Position numbers and translations under genes: made by a program. DNA of 47,032 bases from Tubiluchus corallicola. Its lineage: Eukaryota > Animalia > Priapulida. Below are positions 1 through 11,588 of the stretch, in pieces (the stretch's first letter is position 1; each line of letters starts with the position of its first letter). The stretch spans positions 1-47,032 of the forward strand of contig JAQGDQ010001329.1 of assembly GCA_030141605.1 (NCBI GenBank). The letters run 5' to 3'. The notes under the pieces were generated by a model. That model was not told where the DNA came from and ran no database searches. It saw nothing but the letters and a program-made list of their open reading frames with translations.

Positions 1-2340
1 GATGCAGCCTCCAGCTACATCGCTAACGCAGGTGTATACACGTGAACGTAGCTAAAACCTCTAGTGTTACAGAATTCATCTCAGAGAACCTACTGGTCCT
101 GCCACAAACACCAGCGTGACTTGTATTTTAATGCTAAACACCGGTCTACTGATTGCCAAACCATATAAAAAATTCACACACTACACGCGTAGTCTTGCCA
201 GTCCTCACAATGTAGCTATGATTACAAATGTTATGACTGGTAAGTGCTTATTCTATAGGCCTACTATTAAGAAAAACTTCCTTACCTACAAAATAATTAA
301 AAAGCATCTGTTGAAAATTAAACTTAGGTAGGAATCCTGACTACTTTTTCGAATGTGTTCTATAAGAAAGCATCGCTAATCATATGACTTTTCAATCTGA
401 AACACCTAAATTTCCTTTATTTTTGATAAACGGTCGGAAGGGAACCCAGTAATGTGGAGGCAAAGTGTCTGTTTAGGTCACGAGAGCTTAAGTGTATCAT
501 CTGAAAAACTGTACAGTTTTCAGTTTATCTCAAATGACACCGAAATATTTGCGCTGATTCAAGTCAACTCAAAAATGTGTTCAATTGTTCAACTCAGAAC
601 AAGCACAAAAATGTTGGCAGAATGAAGCATTTTATTCGAAAATTATAATTTTTTGGTTCACGTCACAGTCGTAAATTGCAAATTATTTTACTGTTTACAT
701 TCAAGCCTCTTAGCTGCTCCTTGATATGATGGAAAGTCAGCAGCTGCCTTTTTAATGTACAGCTGAAAACAAGTAAAAAAGAAGAGTTTCAAACTATCAC
801 TGTAATGTATCTTTGGATGAGAGAAAAAGGGCAAAATATCACGTGGAATGACTAGTTAAAATTTTCTGTGTGTTTTTATTATTTATATTATTATCACAAA
901 GATATCACAATAATAATGATACAAGCACGTAGAAAGAAACCCAGAAACACAACAGATAAAAACAACAGAGAAGAAAATTGCAAAATCACTAAACACTAAT
1001 CCCAGCACAAAGTGAGACACAACAGAAACTCACAAAATGTCGATCTCGGTCATATGACTTATAGACAAAAAAGTTACTTATAGACGAGTATTGTCATAAG
1101 CTATTAGATATTTGTAAATCTACTGATTCTCACCCAGACGAGTACTCTCATAAGCTATTAGATATTTGTAAATCTACTGATGATTCTCACCCAGACGAAT
1201 ACTGCCTTGAGCTATTAGATATTTGTAAATCTACTGATGATTCTCACCCAGACGAGTATTGTCATAAGCTATTAGATATTTGTAAATCTACTGACGATTC
1301 TCACCCAGACGAGTACTGTCATAAGCTATTAGATATTGTAAATCTACTGATGATTCTCACCCAGACGAGTATTGTCATAAGCTATTAGATATTTGTAAAT
1401 CTACTGATGATTCTCACCCAGACGAGTACTGTCATAAGCTATTAGATATTGTAAATCTACTGATGATTCGCACCCAGACGTGTATTGTCATGAGCTATTA
1501 GATATTTGTAAATCTTCTGATGATTCTCACCCAGACGAGTATTGTCATGAGCTATTAGATATTTGTAAATCTACTGATTCACACCCAGACGAGTATTCTC
1601 ATAAGCTATTAGATATTTGTAAATCTACTGATTCTCACCCAGACGAGTACTGTCATAAGCTATTAGATATTGTAAATCTACTGATGATTCTCACCCAGAC
1701 GAGTACTGTCATAAGCTATTAGATATTGTAAATCTACTGATGATTCTCACCCAGACGAGTATTGTCATAAGCTATTAGATATTTGTAAATCTACTGATGA
1801 TTCTCACCCAGACGAGTATTGTCATAAGCTATTAGATATTTGTAAATCTACTGATGATTCTCACCCAGACGAGTACTGTCATAAGCTATTAGATATTGTA
1901 AATCTACTGATGATTCTCACCCAGACGAGTACTGTCATAAGCTATTAGATATTGTAAATCTACTGATGATTCTCACCCAGACGAGTATTGTCATAAGCTA
2001 TTAGATATTTGTAAATCTACTGATGATTCACACCCAGACGAGTACTGTCATAAGCTATTAGATGTTGTAAATCTACTGATGATTCTCACCCAGACGAGTA
2101 CTGTCATAAGCTATTAGATATTGTAAATCTACTGATGATTCGCACCCAGACGTGTAGTGTGTGAATTTTTTATATGGTTTGGCAATCAGTAGACCGGTGT
2201 TTAGCATTAAAATACAAGTCACGCTGGTGTTTGTGGCAGGACCAGTAGGTTCTCTGAGATGAATTCTGTAACACTAGAGGTTTTAGCTACGTTCACGTGT
2301 ATACACCTGCGTTAGCGATGTAGCTGGAGGCTGCATCACA
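1..2340. mobile_element. Putative non-autonomous TIR/foldback element with >=187-bp inverted repeats (1-187 / 2151-2337)
   Basis: 2151-2337 is the exact reverse complement of 1-187 (gatgcagcctcc...ctacacg vs cgtgtag...ggaggctgcatc). Right side continues 'aca' to 2340; left end and TSD lie outside the window. No transposase seen inside. Confidence 0.7.
1082..2150 (+). repeat. Minisatellite, ~19 copies of a 54-57 bp unit
   Basis: Consensus gacgagtattgtcataagctattagatatttgtaaatctactgatgattctcaccca; variants differ by a 1-bp (t) or 3-bp (gat) indel; array abuts the right inverted repeat. Confidence 0.97.
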
Positions 2341-2751
2341 GAAGAAGTCATCCATAAGTAAACGCCTTGCCATCATTGAAAAACTTCCTAGTGTTTGTGT
2401 TGCCTAATTTTGGTCGCTAAGTTCACATTGTAAGAATGATTGCGCTAATGTTAATTTATCTTAGTTTGACTTGGTTGACTACATGGAGCATTGTTTGTTA
2501 CTCACTGGTCTATGGTCTGTGGCCATATTGATATCAGTTGTAAATGGTACGTCGTGTTTTAGTTCAGAGTTCATATTTGAATGCTTAATTCTCTAAGCAT
2601 CCGATAAACATCTTTTCGAGCAAACCAAAATAATTTCAGTTTTATTCGGCAACATTATTAAACAAACCTACTTTCCAGACCATATCTCGTTTTGAATTAT
2701 GGGGTAAAATATACACATGTATACTGTACGTTGTATCTAAATTCTAAATCA

Positions 2752-2991
2752 TTAAATGTAAGCTATTTTGTTGTCACTTTTAGGTGGACGCGGTGATGTA
2801 GCTTTAATGATGCCTGAATTATTTTGTACTGCCACAACTTGTGAATCTATAACGTCACCTTGATTGTCTAAGATAGCTTGAACGAGTAGCGCTTTCTTTG
2901 TGGAAAGTGCTGACATACCAAACTGTAAAGCAATTGTGCGTATGTCGGCTAAACTGTATTTATTTAATTCTTCTACAGTGAAAACTTGCAT
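2752..2991 (-). pseudogene. Short ORF with Rho_N/SAP(HEH)-like helix-extension-helix motif, likely retroelement ORF1/gag relic
   Basis: ATG-started 79 aa; LNKYSLADIRTIALQFGMSALSTKKALLVQAIL fits the L..L.L.EL+..A...G+.....K..L+..I pattern. TE origin is inference. Confidence 0.4.
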
Positions 2992-4314
2992 TGAAGCCTT
3001 TGCGTTCTCCGTTTGTTTCTCAAATTATATACGCAGTTAGCAAATAAAAGTACCGCGCGCTATGGTATTTATTTCTAGGCGTTTACCTGTCTACCTGTAA
3101 AAGCCTTGTTTACCTGCTTTCAAGAGCAATGCATGAAACGCCAGCATCAGTCCAAACTTTACTGTATCACTCTATTATATCGGCATTGCTGTTAAACTCA
3201 AGGTCACTACCTCACTTTAACAGCGGCCAAGTTTTATCTATGTACTGCACGAATTTCCACCTCGATAATATATCACGTTGCAAGCCTACACAAATTAGCC
3301 ACTGGGTGAATTGTCGCTTGTCTTTTTCCACAATCAAAGTTGATTAATTATTCAATTAATCGAATGACTATTTCACACTCCTGAATGCTTAAAGACAATT
3401 GATTTTGCATCAGATCAATTGCCCGACTCCGAGAGTTTAGGTCAAGTTGATAGGACTATGATATGGTCCCACACAACTGAAACCACGAAATATTGCATTG
3501 CGAGTATAGATCTTTGTCTCTCGAGTTATCAAGCTGACTCCCGCAATAAGCCGTTCAGTGTGAATATACCAAGTTCTTTTATGCAATTTAGTGTCTTAAC
3601 GAGTATGTGCTGTTTACACACACGTGTGTTTGTTTTTTGCAAATTTAGGCTGTTGATAGATAGGTGAGCTAGGACAGGAAATAGGCTATTGGCCTCATTT
3701 TGCAGACAGGATAGTAAAGAAGTCATTCTTGTTCAGTATGTCGTGACGTTTTTTAACAAAATTTTGTCAGTCGAGTTCTCTTTAGCAAGTTAGTAAGATG
3801 CGGCAAAGATGTAAGTTTGATTTCTTCATATTTCATAATAATATTACACATTTTCATTATAGCAATTAATTATCTTTTTGACATTGGATTAGCAGCAAAG
3901 CTTTTTATTTGCTTCAGATAAAACGAAGTCGAGTCGCACATAATATGTCAGTCAGTCAGTCAGTCAAATATGTCATGATGTGACAGTGATTTTGGGATGA
4001 GACAATGATTTCTCATTTTGGACAATAAAAAACCATAAATTACATGTAAAAGACCGTTGGTCTTGTATTTAGCGTATGTCGCAAACAAAAACTTATACTT
4101 TTTTAATTTCTATGTAAATTCAACGTAAATAAAGCTAATAGCGTGCAAAAGTCCTATATTGTATAAATGCTTTCATTCTAGTAACTATAATAGGCCTTTG
4201 CTACAATGCGGTACAGTCTGTGATTATGTGACTTGTAATGTATGAATAAATCCGCGTTTGCTTTGAACTATTAATCTCATCTGATTAAAATATTAGTGTT
4301 ATATAGCCATCTTA

Positions 4315-5346
4315 TTAAAAGATTGTAGACGTTTTTACCGCATCCCAATCAAGCCTTATTGGTTTTTCTGGTAAATTTGCAAAGGAGACATTCCACATTA
4401 ATAGAGGTTCGAAATCACATTCCCCTATAACTTCTTTAGCACCTCTTTGGTAATTCATTCCCACTTCTCTTCTGTTACAAGCAAACGTTTTGTTATCAGG
4501 TAAATTAGCGTACAGTGTATACAAGTTGTTTACTGCAAAATAATACATGATATAGGATGAAGGCATCGACCTCATCTTTAAATGACGTTTCCGTATCCAG
4601 GCATTTGTGATTAATCTTCGACCTGGAATTATCGGAATAAAACTTTCATCTATCATCACATCAAACACCCAATTACAAAACTGATGCCATATTTCTGGAA
4701 TAGGTGCAAATCCCCAAGTGCCTATCTGATGATATAGAAACACGTCTGTTTTATAACAATCTTGACACAAAGGATTTCTATGTTTCCCTGATGTTGAAAT
4801 CAAGGTTCCTCTTTGCAGAGTTATGCCTCCAATATCAGACTTTTTATGATACTGTAATAATGCAGCTTTAAGCCATGTATAATAGTGAGGGGAAACTTCC
4901 AGATCATCTTCCAAAATCAGCCCGAATTCTCCTTTCCTTCCAGACGGTTTCCAACAATCATACCATTGCAAGTATGGTCCATAGTGTACAGGGTGAACAA
5001 CAACTTCCTTTCTACTATAAATCCATATAAATGAGTTAATGACGTCAAGTGCAATAGCTGATATTGAACTGTCATTAGCACTTCTGTCTACACAAATCTT
5101 TAACCCAACTTCATCCTCATCATAGTGACTTGAATTAAGTGATTTTAGAAGCCTCAGCAATGACGCTGGTCTATTGGAAGTCAGTACAACGATTTCCAAC
5201 TTAAATAATTCATTTTTCTTCTTCCACTTGTTAAGCTTAGTTAATCTAAAATGCGCAATTCCACAATAGAACAACACAAACATACAAAAGCAGGCAAATA
5301 TGACAAATCTTTGCTGCTTATTGCAAACTGATGCCTTTCTGCGCAT
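4315..5346 (-). CDS. Intronless type II membrane GT-A fold glycosyltransferase (GT2-like, uncharacterised family resembling plant/fungal proteins), 343 aa
   Basis: Basic N-tail plus TM helix (FVIFACFCMFVLFYCGIAHF), IVVLTSNRPASLLRLLKSL, LILEDDLEVSPHYYTWL (DxD-type motif), FLYHQIGTWG; uninterrupted ATG to TAA. Confidence 0.85.
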   Translation of the reverse strand: MRRKASVCNKQQRFVIFACFCMFVLFYCGIAHFRLTKLNKWKKKNELFKLEIVVLTSNRPASLLRLLKSLNSSHYDEDEVGLKICVDRSANDSSISAIALDVINSFIWIYSRKEVVVHPVHYGPYLQWYDCWKPSGRKGEFGLILEDDLEVSPHYYTWLKAALLQYHKKSDIGGITLQRGTLISTSGKHRNPLCQDCYKTDVFLYHQIGTWGFAPIPEIWHQFCNWVFDVMIDESFIPIIPGRRLITNAWIRKRHLKMRSMPSSYIMYYFAVNNLYTLYANLPDNKTFACNRREVGMNYQRGAKEVIGECDFEPLLMWNVSFANLPEKPIRLDWDAVKTSTIF

Positions 5347-6439
5347 TACTATTTAACTAAGCAGTTAGTCATTGCAGAAGATAAATGAACTCCATCCCTT
5401 CGCAAGCTCTAAAATTGCCTTTTGCTTGTCGGCATATGTTTTCTAAATCGCACACTTTAAGTTTTTCGCAAATGGTGCGCTCTCTGATGAGAAATATCGT
5501 ACTGCATTGTGAGATTATTGAAAAGATGATGATGGTGGCGGTTGCCACCGAAAGTGAAATTAAATTTGATTCGTTTATTCAGTTAAAGTTGCACAAAACT
5601 TTTAATAGCATATCGTGCTTTCCTGAAAGATTTCTTGTCATTAGTCAAAAACAATGAGCACGTGAAGTAACTTTTCGTTTTTATTGGTTCTCTGATGTTG
5701 GTCTCTAGCAGCCATATCACCAAGCTTAATTATTAGAGCATACACATAAACTTAGATATAATTTAGGCACAGCGGTAATAAACTTTCTTTAGTAAATTGA
5801 CCTGGGGCTTAAACCTTTTACAAAATCACTTGACGAGATATACTAGCATTCAAAACTTTTTTCACCTACGTTCCATCGCCAGCAAATAATCTATAATTCG
5901 TGCATTCGTCTAAGAGGATCTAATACCCATTTATCGCATGTTAAATGTTTCATCTTTCAATGACAAATCTAATGTACATATCTGGTTTGCTGCTGATAAT
6001 TAGTTGCTAGTTTGCTTATCGTTTGCAGCGTTTGCTTCTTTGACTCTCACTCATTTCTGAGACTAAGAAAGAAACTGTGTTTGGCTGAAATCAAAAGTGA
6101 CGCCATCATCTTTGCTCGTGCAGTAGATGCTCAGTGCACTCTTCCATGTTGCTGTGAAGAAGACCATAAATTAACTCACCACAGTAACTACAATAATTTT
6201 TATCATTAACATCATTTATTTTCGAAACCACATGTACAGTGACATACGTGGTTCAATTAGAAAATAATCACTGACAAAAACAAGAATGGATTTAACCTAC
6301 ACACAAGAAGACAAAACAATTAGTTTAAACGACCCAACACAAAACAATAATTGTATGTTGTCCAGAAAAAACGACAGTTGCTCTTTGCCTAATGAATGTC
6401 TACGAATCAGAGGTGATTTTGTAATTAAGCGCATTGTTT

Positions 6440-6620
6440 GTTAGTAACATTTTGTTTGATAGTATTGAACGTTTTCCGTACTGTTGTTATCCACGATGGC
6501 CGATTTTTTACGATTCTTTGCATTCATCCAGAACTTCACCACATTTCAAAGTGCTTTTACAGGTACCCTTGTATCTTAGGTTAGGGCGTCCAATGGGGCC
6601 TTCTGTTAGCCTGTTTTAAC
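6440..6620 (-). mobile_element. RTE-clade LINE 3' fragment
   Basis: Minus strand translates to GPIGRPNLRYKGTCKSTLK, matching the RTE C-terminal GRP.LRYKD..K..LK motif; stops nearby. Confidence 0.55.
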
Positions 6621-7377
6621 AATAACCAGTTTTCATGATTTCTATAGATTTTAATTGGTGTTTTGAGAATGCCGCATACACACTTATTATAATGAATAAA
6701 TTTAGAAAAATACATAAATGCAATATATCTTAATAAAAATTAGAATAACCAAACAAACATTTTTTGCAAAATTGATAGTAGATAATTTAATATAGTTGTG
6801 AGACAGATGAGATTCTCCATCTAAGAAGCTAACAAAACACAACACGATCTTCAGTTTCAGTGAGCTACGATATAGCACAAAGTATATATGTGTAGGTCAC
6901 TATGATATTGTAGTTTTGTCCCCCAATCAAGTAGAAATTGCCAAGTATCTAAAAGAAAAAACAATTCCGTGGTAAGATAAAAAAGATAACTATACTATAA
7001 TGTCGCGTTTTTCCATTAAATGCTCTTGTTTTTCAAGTATTGCACCACAGTAAGTATAGGAAGAAACGATTTAGATTTTTTTAAGGCAGCTGGTGTAAAA
7101 GCACCGCAAAAAGACACTTTACTAATAATGAAACAACTAAATTTACAGTGTAAACACGGATTTATCTATGCGGGACATTACCACTTAGAAAAAATCTGAG
7201 TCCTGCATGAAATTGTAAACGAGCTTTTATTTATTGGTATTACACGTAAATATAAAACATTCCATTAAACCATTTCACAGATGGTTCCACAAAAGAAAAT
7301 ATGATTGCATTCATGTAGTTATATCACATCATAGACAATAAAACTTTTATTATTGATGAAGTTTTTTTGAAAGGCTG

Positions 7378-10300
7378 TTATAATGACATAAAAGCTGGCA
7401 TATAGTTTTTTGCATGTTTTAGAGCTAGCGTCTCATATTTTACACCAAAACGACCAAACACTAACAAGTTCGTTTTTGAGTTTCTGATTACTGAACAAAA
7501 ACTTTGTAGTTTTGGTTTGTGTGCATATTTTGACAAAATGTCTGCTGTAAAAGCTTGCTTTAGTTGTCTGCTTTTGCGTTCTTGTTTATAACTACGATTC
7601 TTCTGTTGCATTCGAGTGTGAATCAAAAACGCATTGTCAAGAATGTGAAAGTTGTAATCTTCCAGGCACATCTCAAATAGTTGCTGCATTTTGTTGAATC
7701 CAAATCCTCTAAACCTTTCATCGAACATAGGTACACTGTTGTCACCTTCAAAAATGTAAATATTGTCAAAAATTTTCAATAAAAATGGTAAAGTTTCTAC
7801 ACACAATTGTGTTAGGTATTTACTCCAGGTAATAACAAATATCCCAAAATGCATATTTTATAAAGAGCCACATATAGGGACTGTGGTATCTGTCGTTCAT
7901 GTTGCATAGAATTGTAACTATAACTCCAACAGGACTGTCGACAACCAGGCCTACTGATGAGGATAACGATTGTATGACATCAATATACATTACAGGAAAG
8001 CATTAATTCAACCACAGCTGCACGTTGAGCTTTTACAAAATCGACATGCACTTCCGGAGGATCACCTCATTATGTGTCACGCAAACATTAATAGCCTAAA
8101 AATATTAAACTCGTAAAACCATTTGAAATATTTAACAAAAATTCAGTAGATGTGTCCGTGATATCTCAGACCGAACTAGAAAAAAGCATTTTGAACAGCC
8201 CGCCAACAAATAGTTACTACAAAGTGGTTGCAGAGATGCAAATTAATCTGGTGGTGACGTAGATATGTACGTGCGACACCAGCAAATCTACATCAGATCA
8301 TTTCCTAAGTAATCAGCCCTAAATCGCGTCATTTTGATGACATTCCCTGTACAATTTACAATGTAATTTGCTGACTCATAACCGTGTTCCCAAAATAGCT
8401 GCAAAGTGACGAAAATGTACTTCAAAATAGTTTTTATTATTTTCTGCACATATTGTAGAAGATGACGTAACGCAAGCGTAACATGTGTTAAACTTGTGAA
8501 GAACAATGTTGTAAGTGGCTCTTCGTAAATATCTTACGAGATATTGTAAAAAAAGAAACAACTTTTATTAAAAACTTTAACGCCTTCAGGACTTTTTGGT
8601 GCATTTTGCATGAGTTCATAAGAAACTGCTCTCACTAAGCTCTCACTAATTTTCTACTGCTTATACAAAGGCTACCGCGTTTTGACGAATAAATTGAAAA
8701 AAGCTTTCAGTAATTGTACTGTTTGCGCTGTAGCACTGTACAGACTCAACACTCTGATACACTTTAGCCTCAATTCTGCCCTACTTTTAAGGAGAGATTC
8801 TTTTTAAAAGATGAAACAACCTTAATATGACCTTGGCTGATCGACTGCTTTGTCCTGGAATAGCAGCAGAGCCCTGCACAGCTTGGACTGTAACCTAGCA
8901 GGTGATCAGTAAATTAGTGTGCACGATCACGCAAGTATACGTCAGATCAAGCTACTCAAAAGGTTAAGTTGGAGTGCCTGAAAGGGGCGTGTTTTTCCAA
9001 TTAACTTTATCAAGTTAAATCACTCATAAATGCTGCTACTCCCCTGCATATAACAGCACCTAATTTGTAATTCCTAATTATGTATTTAAAAGGACGCCAA
9101 ATAAGGAAATAAATTAGTTGGCCGGTATAAAAGAGAGCCATATAATAAAACCATAGTTAGGTGCTTGTAAACTAAGTTAAAGGAGTTAAACTATTCTGCA
9201 CATTAAGAGAAGGCTTGTTAGAATACGTTGATAAACTTCCTTTCATTAAAGATGGAAGCCTTCTCCAGAAAATGCTACAAACCAGGAAAAATCTGGTAGT
9301 CCATCTTAGTGGTCATAGGTCTGGAGGCATAACGGAAATTAGAGGCAACTGTACATCATAACTGATAGCAGAATCTGTAAGAGAACGTGTACATTATTGT
9401 ACTAGACTGTGACCTGGCGTAGTTATGGAGAAGACGAACCGGGGGAAGGCTAGACAGAGATTCGCCAAAACTTAAGGTTTGAGTTGGTTGAAGTCTTGCA
9501 GAACCAGGTTAAGGATGGAATTCTCTGTAATTGTTGGCTATCATATGAGAGTGAATATTGAGTTGTGAATAATGCTGTTGCTCATCCAAATGCACCTCTC
9601 TCTGTACGTTCTCAATGATAGTTTGCATGCTCTAACTTGAACTAGTGGGTTTTCGTGTCCAGTGACCATGTTTATGAGTGAAGTTCTGTCATTACAAAAC
9701 AGTTAACATACTTACAAATGTAAACAGGCTCCCATCGTGGAGGTATCCATTTACTGACAAAAAATGTTTCTATCTGATATATGGGATAGTATGGCAGCTT
9801 GAGCATGTTTCCTGAAAGGAAAGCAACATGGTAAATAATTTTGCGATATGAAAAATTTTGATATATTGACATGTCGATTTCGACTGTCAGGCAATTTTTC
9901 GAACCGTCAGACGAATTTTTAAGAAGAATAGTGAATAAAGAGAATAGAGGAAGAGAACTCAGCTTATAGTAATTTGAAACTAACTGTAACGTTACAAACA
10001 ATTGGTATTGCAGAATGCTAACTTCTATTTTCAATGATTAAAAGGCATGCAATTTTATCTTAGTTGCTTACTGTACATTTTGCATAAAGCAGGCATTATG
10101 TTTTTGTGACAACAATATTCAAAAAACTCAAACATTCCAACACATGCAGCATCATTGCTCCAACATGCTTCTCAACATGTTTCTATCAGATCCACTTTCT
10201 TTGGCATAGTCTTCAATTTATGTGCTGAATTTCCCCATAGTGAAAATCACTTCATAGTGAACAGAATATTTTGAGGCTCTCGCAGTAATAATGTATATAA

Positions 10301-11588
10301 TAGTATCATTAGTATTAAATTTTTATATTGATCTTCATATTTTGTAATACCAGTGAAACCAGCAAAATGGTTTTTAACGCAGAATAATTTTTAAAAATGG
10401 CTACTGTTTTTAGAAAAAAAGAATAAAATCAGTTTCAAATCATCAGCTGCGAGTCAGTTGGAAATAGAAAATCTCTAGTAAAAAGACGAACTTTAATATG
10501 TTTAATAAGTACTTTGGGGTTTTTCTCTGATTTTGCAATTATTGTTGAAATATATACTCTTGTCTTACTGCCAAAAATACCTGATGGAATAATTGTGCCT
10601 TGTGCTTGCTGATCAATTTCAATAGTTGAAGTTTATCTTCTGGTAACTGTTGATCGTCAGAAATTTCAAAAACTGGTAAAACATAAACAGATTTTGCAGT
10701 TTCTTTGCTTTTTCTCCTACTCATCATCCGTATAAATTGTTCCATAAGATCCATTGAAGGCTTTAGTTCAACGTCTATTAGTAAGACGTATTTTGTATCA
10801 ACTGCCAGTCGAGCTGTGTTACGACCCACGTTAATCGGATAAAGACCATAGTCAGTTATGTCTGGTTCATTGGATAGAGGCAATGATGAGTTTATTTCAC
10901 GTCCACCGTAAAACATAATACCCTTAGTGTACGGAACATCAGTTTCTGGAAAAAATAAGGAAATTGTTACTTGTTCCATAAATTTGGGATAGCACTTTCT
11001 CATATATAAGACAGAGTTTATTACGAAGTCAAAGTTGTCACCAGGCACATACAATGCTGCTGATATAGGTCCATTGTGTCTTTCTGTTAACTGAAGCAAA
11101 TGCTGTAAGTACTGCCAAGAGGATTGTGTAGCTATTGTCAATGCTTCACGAGGAAACTGCTTTGTGGCAGGTATGAACCTCAATACCTTTTCAAACATCA
11201 CATACTGGTTAGCAGAATTATCATAAAAAACTGAGACTATAGCATTTTGAAATTTTACTTTTGCAAAATGCAGTTTTTTAGTTGAATTGTGTTTGTTCAC
11301 GGACGATAATTCCGCTGTCCCGCTTCCTTCATCATTTTCTTTATTTGTAGAAATGCATGAAAATTGCACTACATTTTCTAACGCTACAAAGTTAAAGACT
11401 ATTTTATTGTCAATCTTCATTTGAATTGAAAATTCACCAAACTTTCTATCACTAGAACCATGATCACTCAGGTGAGTAAAAACACTAAGGTATGTAAAAA
11501 CGAAAAGAAGTGAAATCACTTTTACAAGTTTTCTACATCCATTTTGCATTTTTCTTACAGGAAATGCCTTGAAGCAAGTGAAGGACAT
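7378..11588 (-). pseudogene. B4GAT1/LARGE-type GT49 glucuronyltransferase-like gene, exons ~11588-10581, 9811-9716, 7745-7378; frameshift in exon 2
   Basis: Exon 1: TM helix, LTIATQ, GPISAALY, YPINVGRNTAR, LLIDVEL, VYVLPVFE, donor CAG|gtattt. Exon 2: acceptor ctttcag|, ETCSSCHTIP then RWEPVYI in another frame, donor T|gtaagt. Exon 3: acceptor ttttgaag|, PMFDERFRGFGFNK..Q..E, FHILDNAFLIH. Exon 2/3 phases join as WEPVYICDNSVPMFDERF. Confidence 0.85.

Noticed and set aside
1480-1722. 80-aa repeat protein ORF
   Set aside because: By-product of the 57-bp array; GTG start, frame broken in neighbouring units.
1082-2150. CRISPR-like array
   Set aside because: Units are contiguous with no unique spacers, no cas genes, eukaryotic context.
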